In this document: piece by piece, positions 27,486-35,080 of the stretch | How positions within the stretch are numbered: position 1 is the stretch's first letter | How the letters are laid out: every line of letters starts with the position of its first letter | Virus record (IMG/VR): IMGVR_UViG_3300024507_000282 | Coordinates: 1-40,860 of that record | From: a virus | Lineage: Duplodnaviria > Heunggongvirae > Uroviricota > Caudoviricetes | Length of the DNA stretch: 40,860 nucleotides | Direction: 5' to 3' (one strand) | Notes under the pieces: model-generated | What the model was told of the DNA's origin: nothing | Databases searched by the model: none | Seen by the model: the letters and a program-made list of their open reading frames with translations, nothing else | Program-made: the position numbers and the translations under genes

Positions 27486-28551
27486 CTCACACACAAGTTT
27501 TGGCCGTTTAAAAGAAGTAGTAGTTGGCAGAGAATTAAAACTAGCCAAGCGTATCAGCGACATTACATTCAAACAGTTTTATAGAGAAGCCTTAGACGAA
27601 CGCATCTACGAAGCACCGTTTGAAAACTATACAGTCAGCATGGAATTGATTGATCAACGCAATGAACAGTTAGATGGGTTGGCAAAGACATTAGAAAGCC
27701 TAGGAGTAACAGTACACAGACCCGATGTGCTAGATAAGATTGTTCCGTTTACTACCCCTAGTTTTCGTAGTGAACTAAGTTCGGCAAGTAATGTACGTGA
27801 TCTAACATTAGTGTATGGCAACAAGTTAATTGAAACTCCTACTTTTGTACGCAATCGTTATTATGAAAATACTCTGTTACATGATGTGTATAGTCGTGCA
27901 TGGGATAGAGGACGTGGCGGGCAATGGATTAAGGCTCCGCACACTGAGTTAACAGAAGACACTATTGACCTAGGGCATTGGGGAGATAGTCGTGACTATG
28001 CAAACATTCCCAGTAACTATGTAATGGCAGTAGATGGCGCACAGTTCCTACGCATAGGCAAAGACTGTGTTGTTAACATCAACAGTTATAATCAATACTT
28101 GGGCTACGAGTGGATCAAGAGCTTTTATCCAGACACAGACTTCCATGTCTTACATGTAGCAGATAATCATATCGATGGTTGCCTAATCTGTCTACGGCCA
28201 GGAGTGTTCCTAGTTAATCCCTTGTACCCAAACATTAAAGATCTGTTGCCTGCTAAGTTCCGCAACTGGACTTACTTGTATCCTAAAGACCTAACAGCAA
28301 ACATTGATGTACGAGGTATGACAGATATTGATATTAGACTAGCCAGCAGTCGTGGTATGGACGTTAATGTATTAAGTGTTGACGAAAATACTGTGTTGGT
28401 TACCGATCGTGCTGTTGGTGTTGCAGACATATTAGATAAGAATGGTTTTACAGTCATTCCTATTAAACTAGAGCACGGTGAAATCTTTGCAGGCGGCATT
28501 CATTGCTCAACATTAGACTTGGTGCGTGAGGATGAATACATATCTTATTAA
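27478..28551 (+). CDS. Amidinotransferase (glycine/inosamine-phosphate amidinotransferase family)
   Basis: NS...LKEVVVG, RD...V.GN..IE.P, DGAQ..R.G.D, HIDG, GGIHCST.D..R (Asp/His/Cys catalytic residues). Confidence 0.9.
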   Translation: MINSHTSFGRLKEVVVGRELKLAKRISDITFKQFYREALDERIYEAPFENYTVSMELIDQRNEQLDGLAKTLESLGVTVHRPDVLDKIVPFTTPSFRSELSSASNVRDLTLVYGNKLIETPTFVRNRYYENTLLHDVYSRAWDRGRGGQWIKAPHTELTEDTIDLGHWGDSRDYANIPSNYVMAVDGAQFLRIGKDCVVNINSYNQYLGYEWIKSFYPDTDFHVLHVADNHIDGCLICLRPGVFLVNPLYPNIKDLLPAKFRNWTYLYPKDLTANIDVRGMTDIDIRLASSRGMDVNVLSVDENTVLVTDRAVGVADILDKNGFTVIPIKLEHGEIFAGGIHCSTLDLVREDEYISY

Positions 28552-29173
28552 CAGTAAGGTGCAATTTATAAAGGAAGCCCGTGATGACTTTAAACGCATT
28601 TACGGACTAGACCACACGCCTTTTACTCGTAAGATATATTTTTACTTCTTTGAACACAATAACAAAAAGTACGTTCACAGGCGAGCGTTACAATTCATTT
28701 ACTCTAATGCAGATACTTACACTACTGAAGTAGATCCTTACTACTGCTATTTGACAAAACAAAAACAGCCCGTAGACATATTTGCATTTTTAGAATCTTA
28801 TCAGGGAAATCTATTACCCAAATTACTAGAAAGCAATGATAGTTTTTTGGTCTATGAATACTGGGAAGGAGATCCTGTAGAATCAGTTACAGAGCAGGAA
28901 TTTCATTATTTGAAACTTCAACACAAACAGTTAGAACTCACTCCATTCTACAACAGCATGACTTATAATTTGGCTAGAAACGGCAATCAAATTAAATTAA
29001 TAGATTTTAAGCACTTTGAACTCAAGGATAACAAGCCGTTCTTTCTCTATCTTTACAATGAAGATAATAGGGTAAATACACTATACATCGAACAAGGAAC
29101 AGATATTGATACTATAGTCAATCATTTGGGTATTGACTATCCTGTATTAGATGCTAATATTATAGAATATTGA
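28532..29173 (+). CDS. Degenerate protein-kinase/APH-like fold protein
   Basis: LPKLL...LVYEYWEG hinge; N....G..IKLIDF; catalytic HxD Asp absent. Confidence 0.45.
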   Translation: MNTYLINSKVQFIKEARDDFKRIYGLDHTPFTRKIYFYFFEHNNKKYVHRRALQFIYSNADTYTTEVDPYYCYLTKQKQPVDIFAFLESYQGNLLPKLLESNDSFLVYEYWEGDPVESVTEQEFHYLKLQHKQLELTPFYNSMTYNLARNGNQIKLIDFKHFELKDNKPFFLYLYNEDNRVNTLYIEQGTDIDTIVNHLGIDYPVLDANIIEY

Positions 29174-29182
29174 GGAATAAAA

Positions 29183-29980
29183 ATGACAGAACCTACTAAC
29201 GAACAAGTCTCTATCCCTGCGTCTTCTGTGGAAAATTCCAAAGAAAACCTTTTTAGACTTTGTGAGTATAATCCAGACGGACAGTCTGGTTGCCGCAGAA
29301 CTAGTACAATACTTGCTTTAGAAGCAGAATACGACACGTTTGTCGATCCAGAAATGCAATGGGGTTATTGGGATCAATACTGTCTACACGAAGGCGCCGC
29401 ATACTACTACAAAGGTTGGTTAGAAACTAATTTAAACGAAGACATTACCGAATTAGATTTCTTAAAAGATAATCCAAATAGTCGTGTAGATGATAAGAAA
29501 AAATATATTTCTGTTGTAGGTTCTCAAATTTTAGACGCATTTGACTTTGAGCAACTTTCTAATTTGTTTAAAAATAGACCAGCAGGTTTTCCAGAGCTTA
29601 CTTTAGAAACTCCTCAGTTCTTTAAATGTATGGACGTAGGTACAGATGTTATCACTATAGACGAGCTCGATAAAACTTTACTGACAAAAATACAAAACAC
29701 ATTCACAGATAACATTAATCCACTTTTAACAGATCTTACAGATAAATTACATTTAGTTGACGGTAAAGTTTACTGTGTCGATTGTCTGTCATTTTTACAA
29801 AACCCAAATGTTAAATTAGGGGTATTAATGATTGCAAAGAATTCTGAAAAGTATATAAATGGAAATGGATACTTCTTTCCGTTTTCAACATTAACAGCAG
29901 AACAAACTGATTTCGTTAAAACTATTCCTCATGTTTATTTTGACGATTTTGCAGGGGAAGTGATTATAATTAATCTATGA
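29183..29980 (+). CDS. Hypothetical protein, possibly a remote kinase-like fold
   Basis: GAGGA SD; LTDLTDKLHLVDGKVYCVD loosely resembles the kinase catalytic-loop/DFG region. Confidence 0.6.
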   Translation: MTEPTNEQVSIPASSVENSKENLFRLCEYNPDGQSGCRRTSTILALEAEYDTFVDPEMQWGYWDQYCLHEGAAYYYKGWLETNLNEDITELDFLKDNPNSRVDDKKKYISVVGSQILDAFDFEQLSNLFKNRPAGFPELTLETPQFFKCMDVGTDVITIDELDKTLLTKIQNTFTDNINPLLTDLTDKLHLVDGKVYCVDCLSFLQNPNVKLGVLMIAKNSEKYINGNGYFFPFSTLTAEQTDFVKTIPHVYFDDFAGEVIIINL

Positions 29981-30849
29981 AGTATCTATTATTAGGTGGC
30001 GCTGGTTTTATTGGCGCCCACTTAGCAAAGCGTCTTATCAAAGACGGACACGATGTTACTATTGTTGATTCCTTAATAACATCCAGTGCTCCAAACTTTC
30101 CAGTTAAGTTCATTCATGCAGACATACGCAACGCTGTACTTGATGAATTGCTGTTAGAAACAGATGTTGTATATTTTCTAGCAGGATCTGTAGGTGTTGC
30201 TAACATAGTCAACAATCCAACAACTACATTAAGAAACAATATTGAACTAATGAGTCGTTTGATTCCTTTGTTTGAAAGATATCAAAACAAAGTAATCTTT
30301 AGTTCTACATCAGAAGTCTACGGCGACGGACCATTCAGCGAAGATAACACTCTACACATTGGTCCTCCTACAGATTTGCGTTGGGGATATGCCGCGGCAA
30401 AGTTAATGACAGAGTTTATGATATCTGCCAGTACATTCCCTTACACTATAGTTAGATTCTTTAATGTAACAGGCCCTGGGCAGTTAGGCGAGCATGGCAT
30501 GGTGCTGCCAAGGTTTGTTGATGCGGCCAAGGTTGGTAGGGATCTTACAGTCTATAGCGATGGCGGGCAGGTACGTAGTTTCTGTCACATCAATGATGCT
30601 GTTGAGTTGTTGTTAAAGATCGAAAACATCAACGGAGAAATCTTTAATGTAGGCAGTGACAGCGTAGTGACTATCAAAGAATTAGCAGAGCGAGTGATTA
30701 AACTATCGAACTCTACATCTAAGATAAACTATGTGCCAACACCGCACAGTGACATTGTCAGTAGAATCCCAGATCTAACTAAAGTAAAATATCTTACAGG
30801 TTTTGTAGCACAGTATGACTTAGATGATATTATCAAGGACATGCTGTGA
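29977..30849 (+). CDS. NAD-dependent epimerase/dehydratase (extended SDR)
   Basis: GGAGFIG, SSTSEVYG, YAAAK, RFFNV.GP, RSFCHI.D.V, FNVG. Confidence 0.9.
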   Translation: MKYLLLGGAGFIGAHLAKRLIKDGHDVTIVDSLITSSAPNFPVKFIHADIRNAVLDELLLETDVVYFLAGSVGVANIVNNPTTTLRNNIELMSRLIPLFERYQNKVIFSSTSEVYGDGPFSEDNTLHIGPPTDLRWGYAAAKLMTEFMISASTFPYTIVRFFNVTGPGQLGEHGMVLPRFVDAAKVGRDLTVYSDGGQVRSFCHINDAVELLLKIENINGEIFNVGSDSVVTIKELAERVIKLSNSTSKINYVPTPHSDIVSRIPDLTKVKYLTGFVAQYDLDDIIKDML

Positions 30850-31505
30850 ACATACTGTTTGTCCTAGCACACCCAGACGATGAAGCATATGGTCCATACG
30901 GTACTATGGCTCGGATGGTGGCTGAAGGACATAAGGTTACACTATTCTGCTTGTGTAACGGAGAGCGTCCGAACTTTGAACAAGTTGCCGCTGACAGAGT
31001 GTTTGCACTCAAAGCCAACTGCGAACAACTAGGAATAGAATGGAAGATTTGGAATAATAAAGATCTTAGTTTAGAACTTAATGATACTGCACATCTATTG
31101 ACACAGTTGTTTATTCAACATAAACCTGAAGTAGTTTACACACATAACATATCAGATATAAATCACGACCACAGAGTATTGGCAGATGCAGTTATGATAG
31201 CCAGTCGTCCCAAACCAGATAGTACTGTTAATCAACTTTATTTCTTTGAAGTGCCGTCTAGCACAGATTGGACATTTAATCAACTAACACCTGCGTTTCA
31301 ACCTACAACCTATGTAGACATCAGTGATTATATTGACTCTAAGAAAGAGGCCCTAAGTAGATACTCAACAGAAACTTACGAGTTTCCAGATGCTAGGAGT
31401 ATCGAGGCAATGACCACGCTGGCAAAGTATCGAGGCTATCAGGTTGGCCTTCCTTATGCCGAAGCATTTCGATTGGTATTCGACCGGATCCAGCGCAGTC
31501 AGTAA
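30846..31505 (+). CDS. PIG-L/LmbE family de-N-acetylase
   Basis: AHPDDE, H...D.NHDH, K..AL..Y..E, AEAF. Confidence 0.9.
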   Translation: MNILFVLAHPDDEAYGPYGTMARMVAEGHKVTLFCLCNGERPNFEQVAADRVFALKANCEQLGIEWKIWNNKDLSLELNDTAHLLTQLFIQHKPEVVYTHNISDINHDHRVLADAVMIASRPKPDSTVNQLYFFEVPSSTDWTFNQLTPAFQPTTYVDISDYIDSKKEALSRYSTETYEFPDARSIEAMTTLAKYRGYQVGLPYAEAFRLVFDRIQRSQ

Positions 31506-32001
31506 TCCCAAACTTTTTAACTAGTCCTTTGTACAGTCCGTGTGGATCTTCGTTGTAAGGGAAACAGAAGTGCGTTGGTTTAAATCCTAGATTTGTTTCA
31601 AACCATTGTATCATCTGTTCAGTGTCTTGATTAATATAAGCAACTTTTTCTGCTAGACTAGTAAAGTTATCTAACCTAGTGTGACTGTGGCTGTGTGCGC
31701 CAATGATAACATTAGGGTCTTGCATGAGCTCTTTGATCTGTTCCACAGTCATATAATCTTCAAAGTCGCCCAATCTTGCTTTTTTATGTGCTTGAACACA
31801 GTTTGGAAAATCTAGGCTTTGACAACCACTGCTAACAATGCCTGAACTGATGTAGTATATTCTCTGCGTAGTTAATTGTTTGAAACAATCGTTGTAGTAA
31901 TACTGGCTGTACAATCCGTCATCAAAGGTCAAGATGTAATCATTTAAGGGTAAATCAAACATCCATTCACGGACTTCGTGTATCATCAACAAAGGTTTCA
32001 T
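31393..32001 (-). CDS. Polysaccharide deacetylase (NodB/CE4)
   Basis: LTFDDG, IGAHSHSH, FCFPY; ATG 32001. Confidence 0.85.
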   Translation of the reverse strand: MKPLLMIHEVREWMFDLPLNDYILTFDDGLYSQYYYNDCFKQLTTQRIYYISSGIVSSGCQSLDFPNCVQAHKKARLGDFEDYMTVEQIKELMQDPNVIIGAHSHSHTRLDNFTSLAEKVAYINQDTEQMIQWFETNLGFKPTHFCFPYNEDPHGLYKGLVKKFGITDCAGSGRIPIEMLRHKEGQPDSLDTLPAWSLPRYS

Positions 32002-32006
32002 AAGCA

Positions 32007-32024
32007 ATATTTAACGATAAATAT
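32007..32024. promoter_or_regulatory. Back-to-back TAAATA motifs (bidirectional late-promoter palindrome)
   Basis: ATATTTA-acga-TAAATAT; same architecture as 10292..10310. Confidence 0.6.
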
Positions 32025-32051
32025 ATTACAGTTACAAATATTATGGAATCC

Positions 32052-32076
32052 TGATTAGAAATCAGTATTCTAATCA
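32052..32076. repeat. Perfect 9-bp inverted repeat with 7-nt spacer
   Basis: TGATTAGAA-atcagta-TTCTAATCA in the leader of 32107. Confidence 0.7.
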
Positions 32077-32106
32077 AACAGATTTTAAATATCAAAGGAA
32101 ATACAA

Positions 32107-32397
32107 ATGAGTCAATATTATACAATACAAACGCTGGACGGTGTTGATACTAATCGATATCAAACTGTGAGCACTAATAATGCCAGTGTACAAAGCACAG
32201 CAATTACAGCAAGAAGAATTTTAATCACAACAGGAGCCCAACCGACTTATATTGAATTTGGGACTAATCCAACCGCAAGCGTTACAAAATTTGTAATCCC
32301 TGCAAATGCACAAATGATTTTTAACTTCAAATCTGGAAATAAGGTTGCAATTTACACAGCAACACAAAGTTATACAAGTATTTTAGACCTAGATTAA
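32107..32397 (+). CDS. Small beta-sandwich protein, probably virion-associated
   Basis: AAGGA SD; Thr/Asn-rich alternating beta pattern (IEFGTNPTAS). Confidence 0.65.
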   Translation: MSQYYTIQTLDGVDTNRYQTVSTNNASVQSTAITARRILITTGAQPTYIEFGTNPTASVTKFVIPANAQMIFNFKSGNKVAIYTATQSYTSILDLD

Positions 32398-32420
32398 TTT
32401 CTAAATAACGGAGTTATTCT

Positions 32421-34043
32421 ATGGGTGTAAGAAATCCTAACTCGACAGACTACGTCCACTCGGACGAACCAAACCTTCTAAACCTACACAAGGCCATGGA
32501 GTACGACTTGGCTGGTAAGCCAATGATTCGTGTAGCGGCTAAATTGTCAGGGCCTAGTGTTGCCGGTCAGGTATCTGCTTTTGGCGAACCATTAGCAATC
32601 ACTCCTACTGCTGTTATACAATTAGATGGTATATATGGCGCCACAGCAGATGTTATACAAACATACACAAACGGTACAGGATCTAGTGCCGGTTCAGTAG
32701 ATCAGATGTTTAGAGTACACTCAGGAACCACAGCAGGTGGTTATGGTGTATTGCGTAGCAAACGTTTTGTTCGCTATCGTCCAGGACAGGGCATTATAAG
32801 TCGTATGACCGCAGGTTTTACTACGGGCGTTGCAGGCAGTAGTCAGTTTGCTGGTTTAGCCAATCAAGAAAATCGTGTGGGCTTTGGCTGGAATGGCAAT
32901 CGTTTTGGAGTTGTTCGAAGCACAGGCGGTAAGGCCACAATCTTAACATTAATTATAAACACGGCACCCAACGCTGGGCAGACTGCTACTATCACTCTTA
33001 ACGGAACGGCCTATACTGTAGCACTGACATCGGGCACAGCCGCACATGCAATTACAGAAATTGTTAACCGTGTAGGTGGATATGGTGGTTGGTTGATGCA
33101 ACAAACAGATGGCGCTATGATGTGGTTGGCACCTAGTCTAGGCCCGATGAATGGCACATTTAGTTTTAGCAGTACAGGCAATGCTACTGCTACATTTACT
33201 GTAAGACAAGCAGGGTTGGCACAAACAGATAACTGGACCTATCAAGAAGATTGGAACATTGACAAACTAGATGGCAGCAATTCCATTGACTCTAATCCTA
33301 GTGGTATGACTTTAGATCATACTAAACTTAATGTCTACCAAATTGCTATGCGCTGGTTAGGCGCAGGTGTAATCAGTTATGCTATAGAAGATCAAGATTC
33401 GGGAACAATGATCTATGTACATCGCGAACACTATGTTAATCAACATACTACTCCTCATACTGCTAATCCAAGTTTTAAGATTACCTACAACGCTGTTAAC
33501 ACAACTAATACCACAGACATAAGTGTATATGGTGCTAGTATCTATGCCGCTGTCGAAGGTACAATTCACCTAAACGAACTCACACGCTCTTATTCAACAA
33601 GCAAAACAGGCCTAGCAAAAGATATCATACATCATATAATGACTATTAAAAATGCTGTAGTCACTAACGGATTAGCAGGTGCTAACAACGGCAACTATAT
33701 CATCAATGCCAAAGAAGCCATTGTCAAAAGCATGAGCCTGTCAGTACAGAGCACAGACCCTGTGGAAGTTTACTTATACTTTGAACCAAGTAGTTTTTCA
33801 GGAACACACGAATACTATGCTATTACTCGTTGCAACGAAGTTCGTAGTACAGTCACAGGAACATTTGATAACACTATAGATACTCCTATATATACAGGCT
33901 TTTGTGGTATTAACGGAACTATTAACATTGACCTAAGTGCTTATCGTATCACAGTTCCGCCAGGTAGTTGGTTAAGTATTGCTGTTAAAAGCACAAACAG
34001 TATTAGTCCTTGTATTGCAGGATTAGTATGGAGCGAGGATTAA
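32421..34043 (+). CDS. Putative virion structural protein (beta-rich, lectin-like?)
   Basis: TAAATA plus GGAG upstream; 540 aa, Gly/Thr/Ser-rich; located in structural region. Confidence 0.65.
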   Translation: MGVRNPNSTDYVHSDEPNLLNLHKAMEYDLAGKPMIRVAAKLSGPSVAGQVSAFGEPLAITPTAVIQLDGIYGATADVIQTYTNGTGSSAGSVDQMFRVHSGTTAGGYGVLRSKRFVRYRPGQGIISRMTAGFTTGVAGSSQFAGLANQENRVGFGWNGNRFGVVRSTGGKATILTLIINTAPNAGQTATITLNGTAYTVALTSGTAAHAITEIVNRVGGYGGWLMQQTDGAMMWLAPSLGPMNGTFSFSSTGNATATFTVRQAGLAQTDNWTYQEDWNIDKLDGSNSIDSNPSGMTLDHTKLNVYQIAMRWLGAGVISYAIEDQDSGTMIYVHREHYVNQHTTPHTANPSFKITYNAVNTTNTTDISVYGASIYAAVEGTIHLNELTRSYSTSKTGLAKDIIHHIMTIKNAVVTNGLAGANNGNYIINAKEAIVKSMSLSVQSTDPVEVYLYFEPSSFSGTHEYYAITRCNEVRSTVTGTFDNTIDTPIYTGFCGINGTINIDLSAYRITVPPGSWLSIAVKSTNSISPCIAGLVWSED

Positions 34044-34045
34044 TT

Positions 34046-34207
34046 ATGAGCGAAAACAACGACACGACTTATCAAAGATTAAAACCTAAATGTCAGTGCT
34101 GGTGCACCGCACATTGCGGATTCAGTTGTATGACTGACGGCTGCGATTGCAACGAATGTGGTTGTTCGGATTGTTTAGATAAAAATGTCCAACGTAGCTC
34201 TAACTGA
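34046..34207 (+). CDS. Cys-rich metallothionein-like peptide (53 aa, 10 Cys + 1 His)
   Basis: GAGGA SD 6 nt before ATG 34046; CQCWCTAHCGFSCMTDGCDCNECGCSDC. Confidence 0.65.
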   Translation: MSENNDTTYQRLKPKCQCWCTAHCGFSCMTDGCDCNECGCSDCLDKNVQRSSN

Positions 34208-34826
34208 TAACAAATTTGACGCCAACGGTTATTGGGATAAACCTGTAGAAAAGATAGTTTATATCCCAACAGTAGAGGATGTTGCATTATTTGATCAGAA
34301 CGGTTATGACCTAACTGATCTCGAAAAGCACTATGCCTACAGTAATTGGACCAAACCAAAGAAGCATAGGGAACATCGCACAGCACTTAAACAGCCGTGG
34401 TTTACTCAGGAACATACAATAGAAGGCAGTGTATTAAATCACAGTCTATTATTCGAACGTAAAGGTTACGCAGGAGCCGCCTTAGAAGAACTACAGTACT
34501 GGGCAAAAAGTTTACCCTTAATACATAAAGTTATAGCTCTAAGACCCAAATGGGGATTAGATTTTAGCATGGACTATGTAGATCAACAGGGCAACGCACT
34601 TGAAGTCCTACACTGGGAATGGGATAGTTTTGACTATGCGGAAATTGAATCTGTACGTGAAACTATAGAACCTGTGTTGTTGGCTATAGATTGGGAAGAT
34701 GCTGGTAAGCAGATACTAGCACATAAAAATTCTTGGCATCACTTGGATTTCTTTGCACAGAGTCGCTGGAAATGCGAATATTTCGGCATTCCTGAAGAAA
34801 GATTTAAAATGGTTGCGTGGAACTAA
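34185..34826 (+). CDS. Hypothetical phage protein
   Basis: 213-aa ORF; FDQNGYDLT.LE and PKWGLDFS.DY segments; function not recognised. Confidence 0.75.
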   Translation: MSNVALTDNKFDANGYWDKPVEKIVYIPTVEDVALFDQNGYDLTDLEKHYAYSNWTKPKKHREHRTALKQPWFTQEHTIEGSVLNHSLLFERKGYAGAALEELQYWAKSLPLIHKVIALRPKWGLDFSMDYVDQQGNALEVLHWEWDSFDYAEIESVRETIEPVLLAIDWEDAGKQILAHKNSWHHLDFFAQSRWKCEYFGIPEERFKMVAWN

Positions 34827-34834
34827 ATAATTGT

Positions 34835-35041
34835 ATGAGAGCCGCAGAATTCCTAAGATCACTAGCAGATATAATTGATGCACTAGACGATAACTCTAGT
34901 GATAAACAAAGCCACGATGCCGAAGAAAAAGACCCAGATCCTGTAATGGTTCCGCCATTACAACAGCATTTAGAGCTGGACAAAGCAGAACAGGGCAAAG
35001 ACAGTCCTGTTATTCAAAAACTTACACGTAGCGAACACTGA
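34835..35041 (+). CDS. Small acidic late protein
   Basis: ATG 5 nt after TAAATA (34824-34829); MRAAEF...MVPPLQQ.LEL.K. Confidence 0.65.
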   Translation: MRAAEFLRSLADIIDALDDNSSDKQSHDAEEKDPDPVMVPPLQQHLELDKAEQGKDSPVIQKLTRSEH

Positions 35042-35080
35042 TACGTTTTACGGTAAATACATTAAACGTGAGATAGTTTA

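Noticed and set aside
19043-28551. 7-deazaguanine/archaeosine DNA modification (short rSAMs as QueE, amidinotransferase as ArcS)
   Set aside because: No FolE, QueC, QueD or DpdA in the window; the amidinotransferase has GATM/StrB-type motifs. It cannot be excluded from the rest of the genome.
11096-31505. TAAATA occurrences inside coding regions (e.g. near 12004 and 13386)
   Set aside because: Expected by chance in AT-rich DNA and not positioned just upstream of starts; only intergenic or start-proximal copies were used.
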